Positions 18,702-28,321 of a DNA stretch of 64,000 bases are shown here, one piece after another (within the stretch, counting starts at the first letter, position 1; each line of letters opens with the position of its first letter). The DNA comes from an uncultured virus (IMG/VR IMGVR_UViG_3300025803_000010). Lineage: Duplodnaviria; Heunggongvirae; Uroviricota; Caudoviricetes. The stretch is taken from IMG/VR virus record IMGVR_UViG_3300025803_000010; one strand, 5' to 3'. Both the position numbers and the translations under genes were made by a program. Under the pieces are notes generated by a model. It did not search any database and was not told the origin of the DNA. It saw nothing but the letters and a program-made list of their open reading frames with translations.

Positions 18702-18923
18702 TTATTTACCACTCCCGTTAAGCAATTTCTTGCCCTGTGATAGTAAATTCTCTCTCATTGATTCGGGTGATTTGCCTTGTTTTTTAGCGATTTTTTTAAC
18801 TTCTTCATCTACTAATTTGGCAATCATATTACCCGGTCTTCTAAAGCCTTCTTTACCCATGGCCCTAATTATACAGTATGAATCTATATCCACTGCACAG
18901 GATTTCCATTTGTTAATATTCAT
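18702..18923 (-). CDS. Small putative DNA-binding protein (ribbon-helix-helix-like)
   Basis: MNINKWKSCAV...; beta-helix-helix pattern; fold is inference. Confidence 0.55.
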   Translation of the reverse strand: MNINKWKSCAVDIDSYCIIRAMGKEGFRRPGNMIAKLVDEEVKKIAKKQGKSPESMRENLLSQGKKLLNGSGK

Positions 18924-18926
18924 AGC

Positions 18927-19715
18927 TTACGCTGCCTCTCTCTTGTCAAAGTCTCGATCTAATGCAAACTTAAGAAAATCAACTTTTTTATCTCTAGTCA
19001 ATCCACCATTGTACACTCTATCGAATTGTTCAATGTAATCAGAGCTGTTAGTTACTGCAGCTAATTTACCACCCTTAGATTTCATTGCAGACTTTAATCT
19101 ATCAAATGAAAACTTTGGATGTTTGCACATAATTAAATATGCTCTAATCAATTGTCGTTTTAGTTTTTTACCATTCGGATCGATTTGTTTTGCAATGTAA
19201 GTTATTTCTTTTGCAATTTGATCAAACCTGCTTAGTCTACCTGCAGCAATTGAGAAGTCTCCCAATTTAAACTCTTCAGTTTGTAATCTACAAACTGTTG
19301 CTCTACCATTAAGTAGGGCTAGTGTTTCAGCTACTGGCATTCCGTATTGTGTCATTTTAGAAGCACAGATCTTATAATCTTGTTTGCCTCTTGTACAGTG
19401 GAAGTTTAAAAAATTGTTTAAGTTCCAATTCTTTTTTCCAGTGTTAGCCCTAGCTGTATCTAAAGCATCATCAGAATCACCAATTACATAGTAAATATCC
19501 AAGCCTAATTGTTTTCTAGCCTGGGCTGTATGTTGACCATCTACGATCTCCATTTTTTTATTTACAATAATAGGAGTTTTAAGATCTCTCTCAGCGATTA
19601 ATCTTTTGATTCTATCTACATGTGTAGAATCAACTTCTCTATTACCTTTTGATTTTTTAAATATTCCATAATCTTTTGTTACAAAATATTTACCTTTTAC
19701 TTCTTTAGTCATCAT
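18927..19715 (-). CDS. ParB-like N-terminal domain protein
   Basis: GNREV...PIIV...IVDGQH motif. Confidence 0.8.
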   Translation of the reverse strand: MMTKEVKGKYFVTKDYGIFKKSKGNREVDSTHVDRIKRLIAERDLKTPIIVNKKMEIVDGQHTAQARKQLGLDIYYVIGDSDDALDTARANTGKKNWNLNNFLNFHCTRGKQDYKICASKMTQYGMPVAETLALLNGRATVCRLQTEEFKLGDFSIAAGRLSRFDQIAKEITYIAKQIDPNGKKLKRQLIRAYLIMCKHPKFSFDRLKSAMKSKGGKLAAVTNSSDYIEQFDRVYNGGLTRDKKVDFLKFALDRDFDKREAA

Positions 19716-19726
19716 TTTCTCCTTTT

Positions 19727-19837
19727 TTAGTATATGATTGTATAGAGCAATGCCCCAACTAACATTATAAAAATCTTAGGTGGTATTACTAATATTGCAC
19801 ACAAAAGTACAAACTTAAAAAATTGATTTATCATCAT
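19727..19837 (-). CDS. Small hydrophobic peptide (36 aa), missing from the ORF track
   Basis: MMINQFFKFVLLCAILVIPPKIFIMLVGALLYTIIY; fills the intergenic gap. Confidence 0.5.
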   Translation of the reverse strand: MMINQFFKFVLLCAILVIPPKIFIMLVGALLYTIIY

Positions 19838-20090
19838 TATCTTGTTTCCCCTTTATGTGGCAATGTATTAAATCCATCGCGACTTGCTCATTAATCGGAT
19901 AGATAGGATGCATGTCGAAATTCATAGAACACTGCTGCAACCTACGCATTTGTTCTTGAAAGTGGTCTTCACTATATTCCATAGGTTGACCATCTATTGT
20001 TGTTATCTGAGTTGTACTCAGAATGTCATCAACTTCTTTTATCCAGTTAACAAAAGTGTCGCTACTAGATTTCAATTTTATGTTGATCAT
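19815..20090 (-). CDS. Hypothetical protein
   Basis: ATG at 20090 after AAGGAG; TTGCAA promoter-like element upstream. Confidence 0.7.
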   Translation of the reverse strand: MINIKLKSSSDTFVNWIKEVDDILSTTQITTIDGQPMEYSEDHFQEQMRRLQQCSMNFDMHPIYPINEQVAMDLIHCHIKGKQDNDDKSIF

Positions 20091-20177
20091 GATATTCTCC
20101 TTTTTATAAACATGTTTACAATATAAATATTTTAATCTAAATTGCAAGGATTAAATAAGATAGGATAATATAGGAAA

Positions 20178-20399
20178 ATGAAATACTTGCTAGTTTTACA
20201 TTTATGTAGTTTTTTAACTCAGACTTGTCCTGGTATGGTTCATCCACAAGGAGAGTATGATTCATGGAAAGAATGTGCAATCGCTGGATATAAAATATCT
20301 GGAGATACAATGGCTACAATGCCTAAAGATAAGATAAATAAAGGAAAATTAGCTATAAAATTTGAATGTATAGAAATTAAAGAAAGCACACCCCTATAG
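20178..20399 (+). CDS. Small Cys-containing hypothetical protein
   Basis: 73 aa, hydrophobic N-terminus, four Cys, IKFEC. Confidence 0.65.
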   Translation: MKYLLVLHLCSFLTQTCPGMVHPQGEYDSWKECAIAGYKISGDTMATMPKDKINKGKLAIKFECIEIKESTPL

Positions 20400-20429
20400 T
20401 TGCAATAATATCACAAAATGCTATATAAT
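20400..20429 (+). promoter_or_regulatory. Sigma70-like promoter, probably for a leaderless mRNA
   Basis: TTGCAA-18-TATAAT, ATG 5 nt downstream at 20435. Confidence 0.55.
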
Positions 20430-20434
20430 ACCTT

Positions 20435-20713
20435 ATGAAGCTATATCGCGTCCAAGCAAAGTACAAGAATATATATATTAATGAGATGCTTTGGGCAGAG
20501 AACGATAAAGCCGCCCTTGAGGAGTTTAGTAAAAAGGTTAGCTCAGGGGATGTAACAGAGAATGAAGGTGCAGGGTTTGAGAATCCTGATATTTTATTCT
20601 TAACCTATGAGGAGGTTGACCGAGATGCAACTACAAAAGTTAATATCGGAAAAACTTCAGCTGGAATCCAAGTGGGCATCACAGGCATTGCAGCAGGGTC
20701 GGGTAACACCTGA
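20435..20713 (+). CDS. Hypothetical protein; paralogue of 60266..60502
   Basis: MKLYRVQ...NDKA...LTYEEV. Confidence 0.7.
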   Translation: MKLYRVQAKYKNIYINEMLWAENDKAALEEFSKKVSSGDVTENEGAGFENPDILFLTYEEVDRDATTKVNIGKTSAGIQVGITGIAAGSGNT

Positions 20714-20813
20714 TATGAAGTGGATCGATATAAAGATCAAAGGTCTTAAAACTAAGATTAATGATCAAAGTGTTGAAGACGCTAAAAGTGGTCTTTACGA
20801 TATAGCTAGTTAA
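20625..20813 (+). CDS. Hypothetical coiled-coil protein; paralogue of 60100..60315
   Basis: ATG at 20625 after GAGGAGG; LQKLISEKLQLESKW...DMKWIDIKI. Confidence 0.7.
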   Translation: MQLQKLISEKLQLESKWASQALQQGRVTPDMKWIDIKIKGLKTKINDQSVEDAKSGLYDIAS

Positions 20814-20860
20814 ATAAAACTAGCACATTTACTTTTTTCGATATAAAGTGTAGGGAACTT

Positions 20861-21037
20861 ATGTCCTCTAATAAAACCTTAATCATAAATGATTACAAAA
20901 AATATTGGATTACTGATACCAAGAAGGGTCATTTAATAACTATTTGTCATGGGCCAGAAGATAAAGTTTTAAAGTTAAAATTAAATTGGAAAAATAGACA
21001 TCGAAGTAATGCAGGAAGAGTCCTTAATAAAAGATAG
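20861..21037 (+). CDS. Hypothetical protein (58 aa), missing from the ORF track
   Basis: MSSNKTLIINDYKKYWITDTKKGHLITICHG... Confidence 0.5.
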   Translation: MSSNKTLIINDYKKYWITDTKKGHLITICHGPEDKVLKLKLNWKNRHRSNAGRVLNKR

Positions 21038-21524
21038 CTGGATTTATAATGTACCTAAACACATAGTACATAAACCAATTCTCATTGATAAAATGAGATT
21101 GATACCACAAAATAAAATAGATCAAATTTCACACACTGATTATAATTTACCTGCGAGTATGATTATTGAGTGGAGAGAATATTTTTTTAAAAATATTTAT
21201 CATGAATTTAAATTAGACTTTGAAGATAAGATTAAAAGTAAAATTGGTTTACACAACGCCTGGTTCCAATGGTATGAAAAAAATGATTTTCATGTATGGC
21301 ATATTCATGGAGGTGTTCACTTTACAAATATTTATTATTTATCTATGCCAAACAAAGAAGTTAAAACAACTATTAAACATATTGAGCAGCTAAAATCTTT
21401 TGATGTAATGGAAGGACAGATCTTAACTATACCCTCTTATTGGTGGCACAAGTCTCCAGTAAATTTGTTTGATGATCCTAAAATTATTATCTCTTTTAAT
21501 ACTTCAATTAAAATGAACGAATAG
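21009..21524 (+). CDS. Putative Fe(II) oxygenase (HxH type, TIGR02466-like)
   Basis: WFQ.Y...HIH...IYY...PS..WHKS...IISFN. Confidence 0.7.
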   Translation: MQEESLIKDSWIYNVPKHIVHKPILIDKMRLIPQNKIDQISHTDYNLPASMIIEWREYFFKNIYHEFKLDFEDKIKSKIGLHNAWFQWYEKNDFHVWHIHGGVHFTNIYYLSMPNKEVKTTIKHIEQLKSFDVMEGQILTIPSYWWHKSPVNLFDDPKIIISFNTSIKMNE

Positions 21525-21527
21525 TAT

Positions 21528-23396
21528 TTATTCTTTTGCCTCACCCCAAGAAGCTCCAAGTGCAATATCTACTTTAGAAGGAACCTTAAGATTTTCGACT
21601 GCGTTTTCCATTATCGATTTAACATGTTTAATATCTTCTTCCTTATCAATAGAAAAACATAATTCATCATGTATTTGTAATAAAGGTTTATATCCTGCTT
21701 TGTAGCATTCGATCATAGCCATTTTAGTTTGATCAGCTGCTGACCCCTGAATTAGTCTGTTTAAAGCTTTATATGTAAATGCCCTACGTATGTTATTTCC
21801 ATAATGGGCCTTAGCAGCCTCGTAGTCCATCGCCTTATTCATTCCGAAGGTAGAGGGCTCCCACATGTTAAAACGGCATTTACGGCCCTTTATAGTCCGA
21901 ATAAAGCCATATTTAGAAGCACTGTTAGACACTTCTGCGGCTAATTTCTTAACAAATGGTACTCTACTGTTATATGTTTGCAGCAATCTATCTGCAGCAT
22001 CTTTATCAATACCTAATTCTGTGGCTAATTTGTTTTTACCCATACCATAGAAAAGACCCAAATTGATCGTCTTAGCATGAGTCCTAGATATACCTGCCAT
22101 ATCAGCAACTATTTGGTGAAAGTCTGCTGACTCATTTTGGTAGGCTTCTATAAATTCATCAGCACCATCAAATCCTGCGTCTATAGATGCAGCGTAGTGA
22201 GCTACTAATCTTGGTTCTTGTTGTGAGTAGTCAAAGCTACCCCATTGTCTACCCTCTTCAGGTAAAAATAAACTTCTAATTTTATCACCCATTTCTTTGT
22301 TACGGGCTGGTATCTGCTGTAAGTTTGGATTAGAATAAGATAATCGTCCAGATACAGTTCCACCCTGATCTGATCTTAATTGATTTATCTCTGCATGGAT
22401 TCTGCCTTTGTGCGTATATCTTAATACGGAGTCTATGAATGTTGAATGAAATTTATTTATTTCTCTTGCTTGTCTTATTAGTTGTGCTATCGGGTTATTA
22501 CAGTTTACTAACCAGTTTTGTGTAAAGCTTGGTTCTCCGGTTTTCTGTGTCCGTGGGTACTCCACACCTATTCTATCAAACACCTGAGCTACACTTCGTG
22601 CAGCCCAAATGTCTACACTGTGAGTTGTCTCTTGTTTTATTTTATCTAATACTTCAAATTCTTTTTTCTTAAATTCTTTTTTTAGTAAATGAGCTTTTTC
22701 TTCATCAACTCTAATACCTCTACGTCTAGTATCAATAAGTATAGGCAGGAGCTCCATTTCCATTTCCCACACATCACTTAAATTTTGTTTTACAATTTCA
22801 CCTTTTAATCTTTCCCATAGTCTTAAAGTTAAACCTGCATCTTGTTCAGCGTAATGACCAACATAACCCGCAGGTAATCTCCACATGTCAGCCTTGGGAT
22901 CTATGCCCCACTCTTTAGCTTTTTCAGTTAAGAATGTTTCATTTTTAACTTCACCTAAATAATCTTTAGCACATGCATTTAAACTAAAACTAAATCTATT
23001 TTCATTTATTATTGCTGCAGCGATCATAGTATCTACAATCTTACCTTTAATCTCGAAACCATTTACTAACAACCAACCGACATCGTAACTTGCATTATGA
23101 AATATTTTAGTAGCAGGAGTTTTAAGAATATCCTGCATCCATGCAGTTGTTATAGCTAAATCCATATTACCACCTGCATCATGTTGAATTGGAAAGTACC
23201 ATTGTTGGCCCAGTGCAGCTACTGCAAAACCAACTATGCCACCATCAAAGGTAGCCCATCCAGCTCCTTTAGTTTTTATATTTGGATCTTTAGTTTCTAA
23301 GTCTATTGCAATTTCTGTGGCTTTAGACAAATCAGGGTATTCAGCAGGACATATCCAATCTGAATCATTATAAATAAAATTTAATTGATGGGTCAT
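21528..23396 (-). CDS. polA: DNA polymerase family A with 3'-5' exonuclease
   Basis: AIDLET, FHNASYD, SGRLS..PNLQQIP, DYSQQEPR, AKTINLGLFYG, IQGSAAD, QIHDEL. Confidence 0.97.
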   Translation of the reverse strand: MTHQLNFIYNDSDWICPAEYPDLSKATEIAIDLETKDPNIKTKGAGWATFDGGIVGFAVAALGQQWYFPIQHDAGGNMDLAITTAWMQDILKTPATKIFHNASYDVGWLLVNGFEIKGKIVDTMIAAAIINENRFSFSLNACAKDYLGEVKNETFLTEKAKEWGIDPKADMWRLPAGYVGHYAEQDAGLTLRLWERLKGEIVKQNLSDVWEMEMELLPILIDTRRRGIRVDEEKAHLLKKEFKKKEFEVLDKIKQETTHSVDIWAARSVAQVFDRIGVEYPRTQKTGEPSFTQNWLVNCNNPIAQLIRQAREINKFHSTFIDSVLRYTHKGRIHAEINQLRSDQGGTVSGRLSYSNPNLQQIPARNKEMGDKIRSLFLPEEGRQWGSFDYSQQEPRLVAHYAASIDAGFDGADEFIEAYQNESADFHQIVADMAGISRTHAKTINLGLFYGMGKNKLATELGIDKDAADRLLQTYNSRVPFVKKLAAEVSNSASKYGFIRTIKGRKCRFNMWEPSTFGMNKAMDYEAAKAHYGNNIRRAFTYKALNRLIQGSAADQTKMAMIECYKAGYKPLLQIHDELCFSIDKEEDIKHVKSIMENAVENLKVPSKVDIALGASWGEAKE

Positions 23397-23536
23397 TTAT
23401 TATTATTACTTATAACTTTTATTAATTGATTTGCAACTGTTGTGGTAGGGTTGAAATCTCTTAAATTTTTAACGCAATTTGATGTTAAAAATAGTAACAT
23501 AATACTTAACACTACAAAGATTTTTTTACACTGCAT
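23393..23536 (-). CDS. Small possible lipoprotein (47 aa), missing from the ORF track
   Basis: MQCKKIFVVLSIMLLFLTSNC...; ATGA overlap with polA start. Confidence 0.45.
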   Translation of the reverse strand: MQCKKIFVVLSIMLLFLTSNCVKNLRDFNPTTTVANQLIKVISNNNK

Positions 23537-24107
23537 AAATATTTCCTGACATAGTAATTCTTGGTAAGTCAGAAGTATAAAATGGATATACAGAGTGTTT
23601 TAAAAAAGCTGGAAATATAAAACCTTTTCCTTCGTAAGTCTTGTCGACAGGTATGTTATGTTCAGTAATACCTCCTCGACTTGCTTGGTCTAAATGTAAA
23701 AATTGTAAGAATCCTGATAGTGGTGAATTACTATGTCTTGATTTAGGATTATTCATTTCATCTTGGATTAGAAAGGGTATTTGTATAAATAATATAAAAC
23801 TAAATAGACCTGAGTGTGAATGAGCAGGGTTAAATTCATGTTTGTGCATATGATTTACCCAAAAATCTTGTTGTTTAAGTTTTAAATGTTTTGTTACTTT
23901 AACTGTTTTTAAATGATTACTTGAATTTGTTTTAGGATCCTTAATTATATTCATTAAGGTGGGTTCAATCAAAGGTATATATTTAGTCAAATCATATTCT
24001 TTTTCGATGTTTCCTGCTAGATCTACATTTTTATCAGAACTAGTATCGTTTGCGATACCTTTTAAACTTTTAAATACTTCAGGTGGTATATCAAAAAAAT
24101 CAAGCAC
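23526..24107 (-). CDS. Putative Fe(II) oxygenase (HxH type)
   Basis: WVN...EFNPAHSH...FPA.LKHSVYPF...RITMSGN. Confidence 0.75.
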   Translation of the reverse strand: MLDFFDIPPEVFKSLKGIANDTSSDKNVDLAGNIEKEYDLTKYIPLIEPTLMNIIKDPKTNSSNHLKTVKVTKHLKLKQQDFWVNHMHKHEFNPAHSHSGLFSFILFIQIPFLIQDEMNNPKSRHSNSPLSGFLQFLHLDQASRGGITEHNIPVDKTYEGKGFIFPAFLKHSVYPFYTSDLPRITMSGNIYAV

Positions 24108-24188
24108 GTTCGTTATTCCATTTAATTAATAGCAGCAATATTAACCCAAATATTATAAATATAAATCCTAAAGATAGACATAATTGCA

Positions 24189-24440
24189 TCACGAATAATC
24201 TCTTTCTAATATCATTTCTAAATAGTGTATGGCCTTTTGGATATCTTTTTCTTTGCCTTTTGACTGATGCCTACAAATGTACTTAATTGCATTGCCCTCA
24301 GCAAATAAAATTTTATTTTCATTAATAAATTCTGCGGGCTGAATCTTCATTTTAGAGTAGTGATTCCCGCCTACCTGCTTTTCTAAAGAATCATAAGTAG
24401 CTCCCTTAAACATATCTTTATGTGTCATTAATACCCCCAT
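24189..24440 (-). CDS. DUF3310 family protein
   Basis: QVGGNHY...EGNAIKYICR...DIQKAIHYL. Confidence 0.85.
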   Translation of the reverse strand: MGVLMTHKDMFKGATYDSLEKQVGGNHYSKMKIQPAEFINENKILFAEGNAIKYICRHQSKGKEKDIQKAIHYLEMILERDYS

Positions 24441-24994
24441 CCTACGAATGAAATTCGTTCACCTTTTAAACAATCAGTTACTCTGTGTGGAAACATAAAA
24501 TTAGATGGAAATAAAATAACATCGCCTTTACCCATAGCTACTCTCTTGTCTCTACATATAAATTCTGATCCTTCAAAGTCATCATTTAAGTTACCTACTA
24601 TACTTAATATAGGAATTCCTTTTTCATTACCATCAAAAATTGAATGTATATGATCTTGATGTTCTTTCATATAACTGCCTGGAGCATACTTATTAAATCT
24701 AAGTCTTGTAATCTTAGTTATAAATTCGTTTTTTGTATTCTCGGCTTTACCACAAAATGTTTTTTGATATTCTCTAATTAACTGATGTAGGAGAGGGTGC
24801 AGCAATCCACATAAATCATCAGGCATATAAGAACAGATAACACCCTCTGTATCTCTGTCATGAAACTCATTTCTATTATTATTATGCCATAAATGTTTTT
24901 CCCACTCTAATTCTTTTGACCTTTCTATTAGCATATCGCATATGCTAGATGGTATAATATTGCCTTTCATTATATACTTTTCAATCATAATCAA
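24428..24994 (-). CDS. 2OG-Fe(II) oxygenase (prolyl 4-hydroxylase-like)
   Basis: HQD...LNDDFEG...FPSNFMFPHRV...GERISF. Confidence 0.85.
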   Translation of the reverse strand: MIMIEKYIMKGNIIPSSICDMLIERSKELEWEKHLWHNNNRNEFHDRDTEGVICSYMPDDLCGLLHPLLHQLIREYQKTFCGKAENTKNEFITKITRLRFNKYAPGSYMKEHQDHIHSIFDGNEKGIPILSIVGNLNDDFEGSEFICRDKRVAMGKGDVILFPSNFMFPHRVTDCLKGERISFVGWGY

Positions 24995-25187
24995 AGTCTC
25001 TTATAATTTTTAAATTTTCTTGTGCTTGAGCTATTTCATTTATTAATTTATCGCATTCGTCAACGTGTTGTGGATGTTCACCAATAGCTACTGGTTTTTC
25101 AAAATATATTTTTATAGTAGCTTCGGCTTTAGATATTTGTGCATTATATTTATCTTCTAGTGCTTGTATTATTAATTTTCTAAACAT
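24981..25187 (-). CDS. Small conserved phage protein
   Basis: VAIGEHPQH motif. Confidence 0.7.
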   Translation of the reverse strand: MFRKLIIQALEDKYNAQISKAEATIKIYFEKPVAIGEHPQHVDECDKLINEIAQAQENLKIIRDFDYD

Positions 25188-26790
25188 AGTTTGCCTCGTA
25201 AAGTTTAAAGTATTTACCTAATGGAAAGTTATATTGATGATAGGTGCCTAATAAATGCAACGTACCTTTAGATCTTGTTGCACCTGTATACCAAACTCTA
25301 AGTTCTTTTACTTTATCCATTAAGTTTTTCTTCTCAAAATGAGAAGGATAATTACATTTACTTGCTAAAACTACATTATCAGCTTCTCCGCCTTTGACTT
25401 GGTGAATAGTATCTATAATTATCTTTGGTGGCAAGTTTAAATCTATACCCTCTTTCATTAATTTTTTAAAATACAACTTATCTTTTTCCTTAAATTTTCT
25501 TTTAAAAGCATCTTCCCAGCTGCTTTTTTGATCTCTCATACCACACCTCAAATGTAATTCGTCAAAATTAAACACCTGATTCGGATGAGCAAAGCTCCAT
25601 TTTTTGCTGTCCGCTGACCGGTAGCCGTGATCTATGTTTAAAAGAAACTCATACATTACTGTTGCTTCTTCTCTTGTTATAGATCCACCTTGATTAATTT
25701 TATTCCAATACTCAATAGCTAAAAATTGATTAGTATCAAATGATCTATTACCTTTTACATCTTGATAATATAATGAAAGATTTCTTGCTTCTTGCTGCAA
25801 TTCTTTTTTTACATCGTTTATTCTAGCAAGTACCATCCAAGATCCTTCCATGTCCCAAGGTACTTTTTTTAATCCATTCCATCTATGAATAGATCCTTCT
25901 TTACCATTAGATATAAATTCTTTTTTTATTCTATTATCTCCCATAGAATTTAAAATACATTTAGAAAAGAAATGTACATTTTTATTAAGTCTTACAGATT
26001 TTTTTAATATAACTTTACGACCTGGAAAAGTTTGAAAGTGTTCTACATCTGCACCATTCCATTCATAAATAGCCTGGTCATCATCTCCAGCTAGATAAAC
26101 TCTATGTACTTGTGCCGCTAACTTAACAACCAAGTCCCATTGTAAAGGTGTTAAATCCTGAGCTTCATCTACCATTAAGACTCTAAAAGGTATTGATAAA
26201 CCATCATCAATAAATTTTTGTATCATATCAGTAAAATCTAATCTGTCCGGTGTCCGTTGTCCGTTTTCTAACTCCATAGTTTTAAATTCTTCATAACCTG
26301 CAATAATAGATTTGAATTGCTGCAACCTTACAGCTTTTCTTGGCTGCTGTTTGTACAGCCACACAGGATCTACTTTCATGTTTCTAGCTCTGTCATAAAT
26401 TTGTAGCGACCAATTGTTATAAACTTTTTGCTCATCATGACCTTCTTTAAAATTTACTTTTACAGTTCCATATTGTGTATGAAACGTAATCATATCCACT
26501 TTAGGATCTAGTACAGGAATCTCTGCAAATTGTTGTCTTGCTAAACTATGTAGGGTTCTAAAATATTTAAAGTCATCTTCATCATACTCTTTAAATTTTT
26601 TTCTTACACGACTTACACATTCGTCAACAGCTTTGTTAGTAAATGATATATAACATATTTCATCAGGTGAATAACCTTGTCGTAAGTATCTTTGTACTCG
26701 TTTTAAAAGGTTCTCAGTTTTACCTGTCCCTGGAGGGCCAAATATTTTAACTGTCTTCCCATGCAGCTTTTGCTTTAGTAAATTTGACAT
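25180..26790 (-). CDS. UvrD/Rep-like SF1 helicase
   Basis: GPPGTGKT, VDEAQD, GDDDQAIY, TIHQVKGGEAD, YTGATR. Confidence 0.92.
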   Translation of the reverse strand: MSNLLKQKLHGKTVKIFGPPGTGKTENLLKRVQRYLRQGYSPDEICYISFTNKAVDECVSRVRKKFKEYDEDDFKYFRTLHSLARQQFAEIPVLDPKVDMITFHTQYGTVKVNFKEGHDEQKVYNNWSLQIYDRARNMKVDPVWLYKQQPRKAVRLQQFKSIIAGYEEFKTMELENGQRTPDRLDFTDMIQKFIDDGLSIPFRVLMVDEAQDLTPLQWDLVVKLAAQVHRVYLAGDDDQAIYEWNGADVEHFQTFPGRKVILKKSVRLNKNVHFFSKCILNSMGDNRIKKEFISNGKEGSIHRWNGLKKVPWDMEGSWMVLARINDVKKELQQEARNLSLYYQDVKGNRSFDTNQFLAIEYWNKINQGGSITREEATVMYEFLLNIDHGYRSADSKKWSFAHPNQVFNFDELHLRCGMRDQKSSWEDAFKRKFKEKDKLYFKKLMKEGIDLNLPPKIIIDTIHQVKGGEADNVVLASKCNYPSHFEKKNLMDKVKELRVWYTGATRSKGTLHLLGTYHQYNFPLGKYFKLYEANYV

Positions 26791-28318
26791 TTTTATTTTT
26801 GTGTTCCATTTGTTTTGGTAATGCTACAACCCAATGTCTGCTATCAATAGCTTGAAATTTCTTTTTAGGTTTAGCACCTCCCGATTCTAAAAATTTAGTA
26901 CAATCTTTTTCTGACCAGTTATAACCCATTTTTTTAATAAATTGTCTAAATGTTTCTAATTTAAATCTCATCTCAGAATCATCCTTCCAAATATTACCAT
27001 TATCAATTTGGTCAAACTCAGTTGTATCTTCAACATCTTCCAAAAACCTAGACATTCTAGAATTAAATACATCACCCATTTCTTCTGCTGCATCAAATCC
27101 TTCCATGTCTTGTTTGTTAGATATTAACTCTTCTAGCCAATCTCTGTAAGGGTCAGGGTCTCTTTTAGAAGGCTTTAAAGTACGCCAAACTATATCATAA
27201 TTAAGCAATGCTTCCCCTAATAGCTGCTGTTGATATAATTGTTTAGTAGATAATCTAATTGATTTACCTTGGATGGGTAATATCCAATAAGGTTCAGGGT
27301 AAGAATTAACTTTTAAAAGTTTTCCTACTTCGGGTAACGCTTCATTAGTTCCAATCCCAAACTTACGCTTAACGCAAGTAGATGATACGCAGTGCATTCT
27401 AGCGATTGACGTTTTACATTTGTACGCATATTCTTTATTTTCTACACCTTTAAAAATATTTTGCAACTCTTTAGGATGTAAGTTTTCAGAACAAACTTTA
27501 GTCATCATATTTCTAGTCCAATCTTCATACATAACTGGATCAGGATTTATTTTTTTTGCTAATACTGCTACGTTAAACATAGCATCATTTCTACCCTCAC
27601 CTTTTTGCACTCTGTTTTTCATAAAGTTAATTACACAAGGTGGGTAATCTTTAGTTTCATCATCTTGAAATATTTTTAATTTTTTAAAGTCTGCTGGTTT
27701 TAATCTGTAAGGTTTTACAAATTCAAATAAATTTTCTATTTTAATTCCGTTACCATTGTCATCCATAGCAACACGAGTTGTCATATGTGCTTTTTGATAT
27801 GGTAAGTTTACAAAGTTACCTTTTCTTTTGTCGTCCCATTTTTCAGGAGATAGATCTACTTCATCTTGAGCAGGATAGATGTCTGTTGTTGTGTCGTTGA
27901 TTCCTAAGTCTGAGGCTATCTCTATTAGTTTCTTACGCATTGCTGATGCAGCAACGACTCCATCAATAAATAATACTAAGTGTAATCCGTTGGATTTCGA
28001 TCTGAACGGGATGAGTGGGTACTGTCTTTTCCGTATAACCGATATAACGTCCTTATGCTGTATATTATAACGATCAACATCGATGACCCCCCAAGAGCAT
28101 GTATTATCATCTCTAATTGGAACGCTTCCATAGTATGCTTCTCCTTTTAAATGTTGTTTCCAATGATCTAACGTCATTGGTTTTGGTTCAACCCAATGTT
28201 TGAATTCATTTTTGCCGTTCGGTTTTTTACTTCCTATAGGCTGAGATGCACCAAAATATGTAGATGAGCCCTGGAAGAGTTGTACAAACTCTTCCAAGGT
28301 TTTGTCAAGTAGACTCAT
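26747..28318 (-). CDS. Primase (AEP-like) with C-terminal PriCT-like region
   Basis: WGVIDVD, RSKSNGLH, IYPAQ, GNFVNLPY, EGRND. Confidence 0.8.
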   Translation of the reverse strand: MSLLDKTLEEFVQLFQGSSTYFGASQPIGSKKPNGKNEFKHWVEPKPMTLDHWKQHLKGEAYYGSVPIRDDNTCSWGVIDVDRYNIQHKDVISVIRKRQYPLIPFRSKSNGLHLVLFIDGVVAASAMRKKLIEIASDLGINDTTTDIYPAQDEVDLSPEKWDDKRKGNFVNLPYQKAHMTTRVAMDDNGNGIKIENLFEFVKPYRLKPADFKKLKIFQDDETKDYPPCVINFMKNRVQKGEGRNDAMFNVAVLAKKINPDPVMYEDWTRNMMTKVCSENLHPKELQNIFKGVENKEYAYKCKTSIARMHCVSSTCVKRKFGIGTNEALPEVGKLLKVNSYPEPYWILPIQGKSIRLSTKQLYQQQLLGEALLNYDIVWRTLKPSKRDPDPYRDWLEELISNKQDMEGFDAAEEMGDVFNSRMSRFLEDVEDTTEFDQIDNGNIWKDDSEMRFKLETFRQFIKKMGYNWSEKDCTKFLESGGAKPKKKFQAIDSRHWVVALPKQMEHKNKNVKFTKAKAAWEDS

Positions 28319-28321
28319 AGA

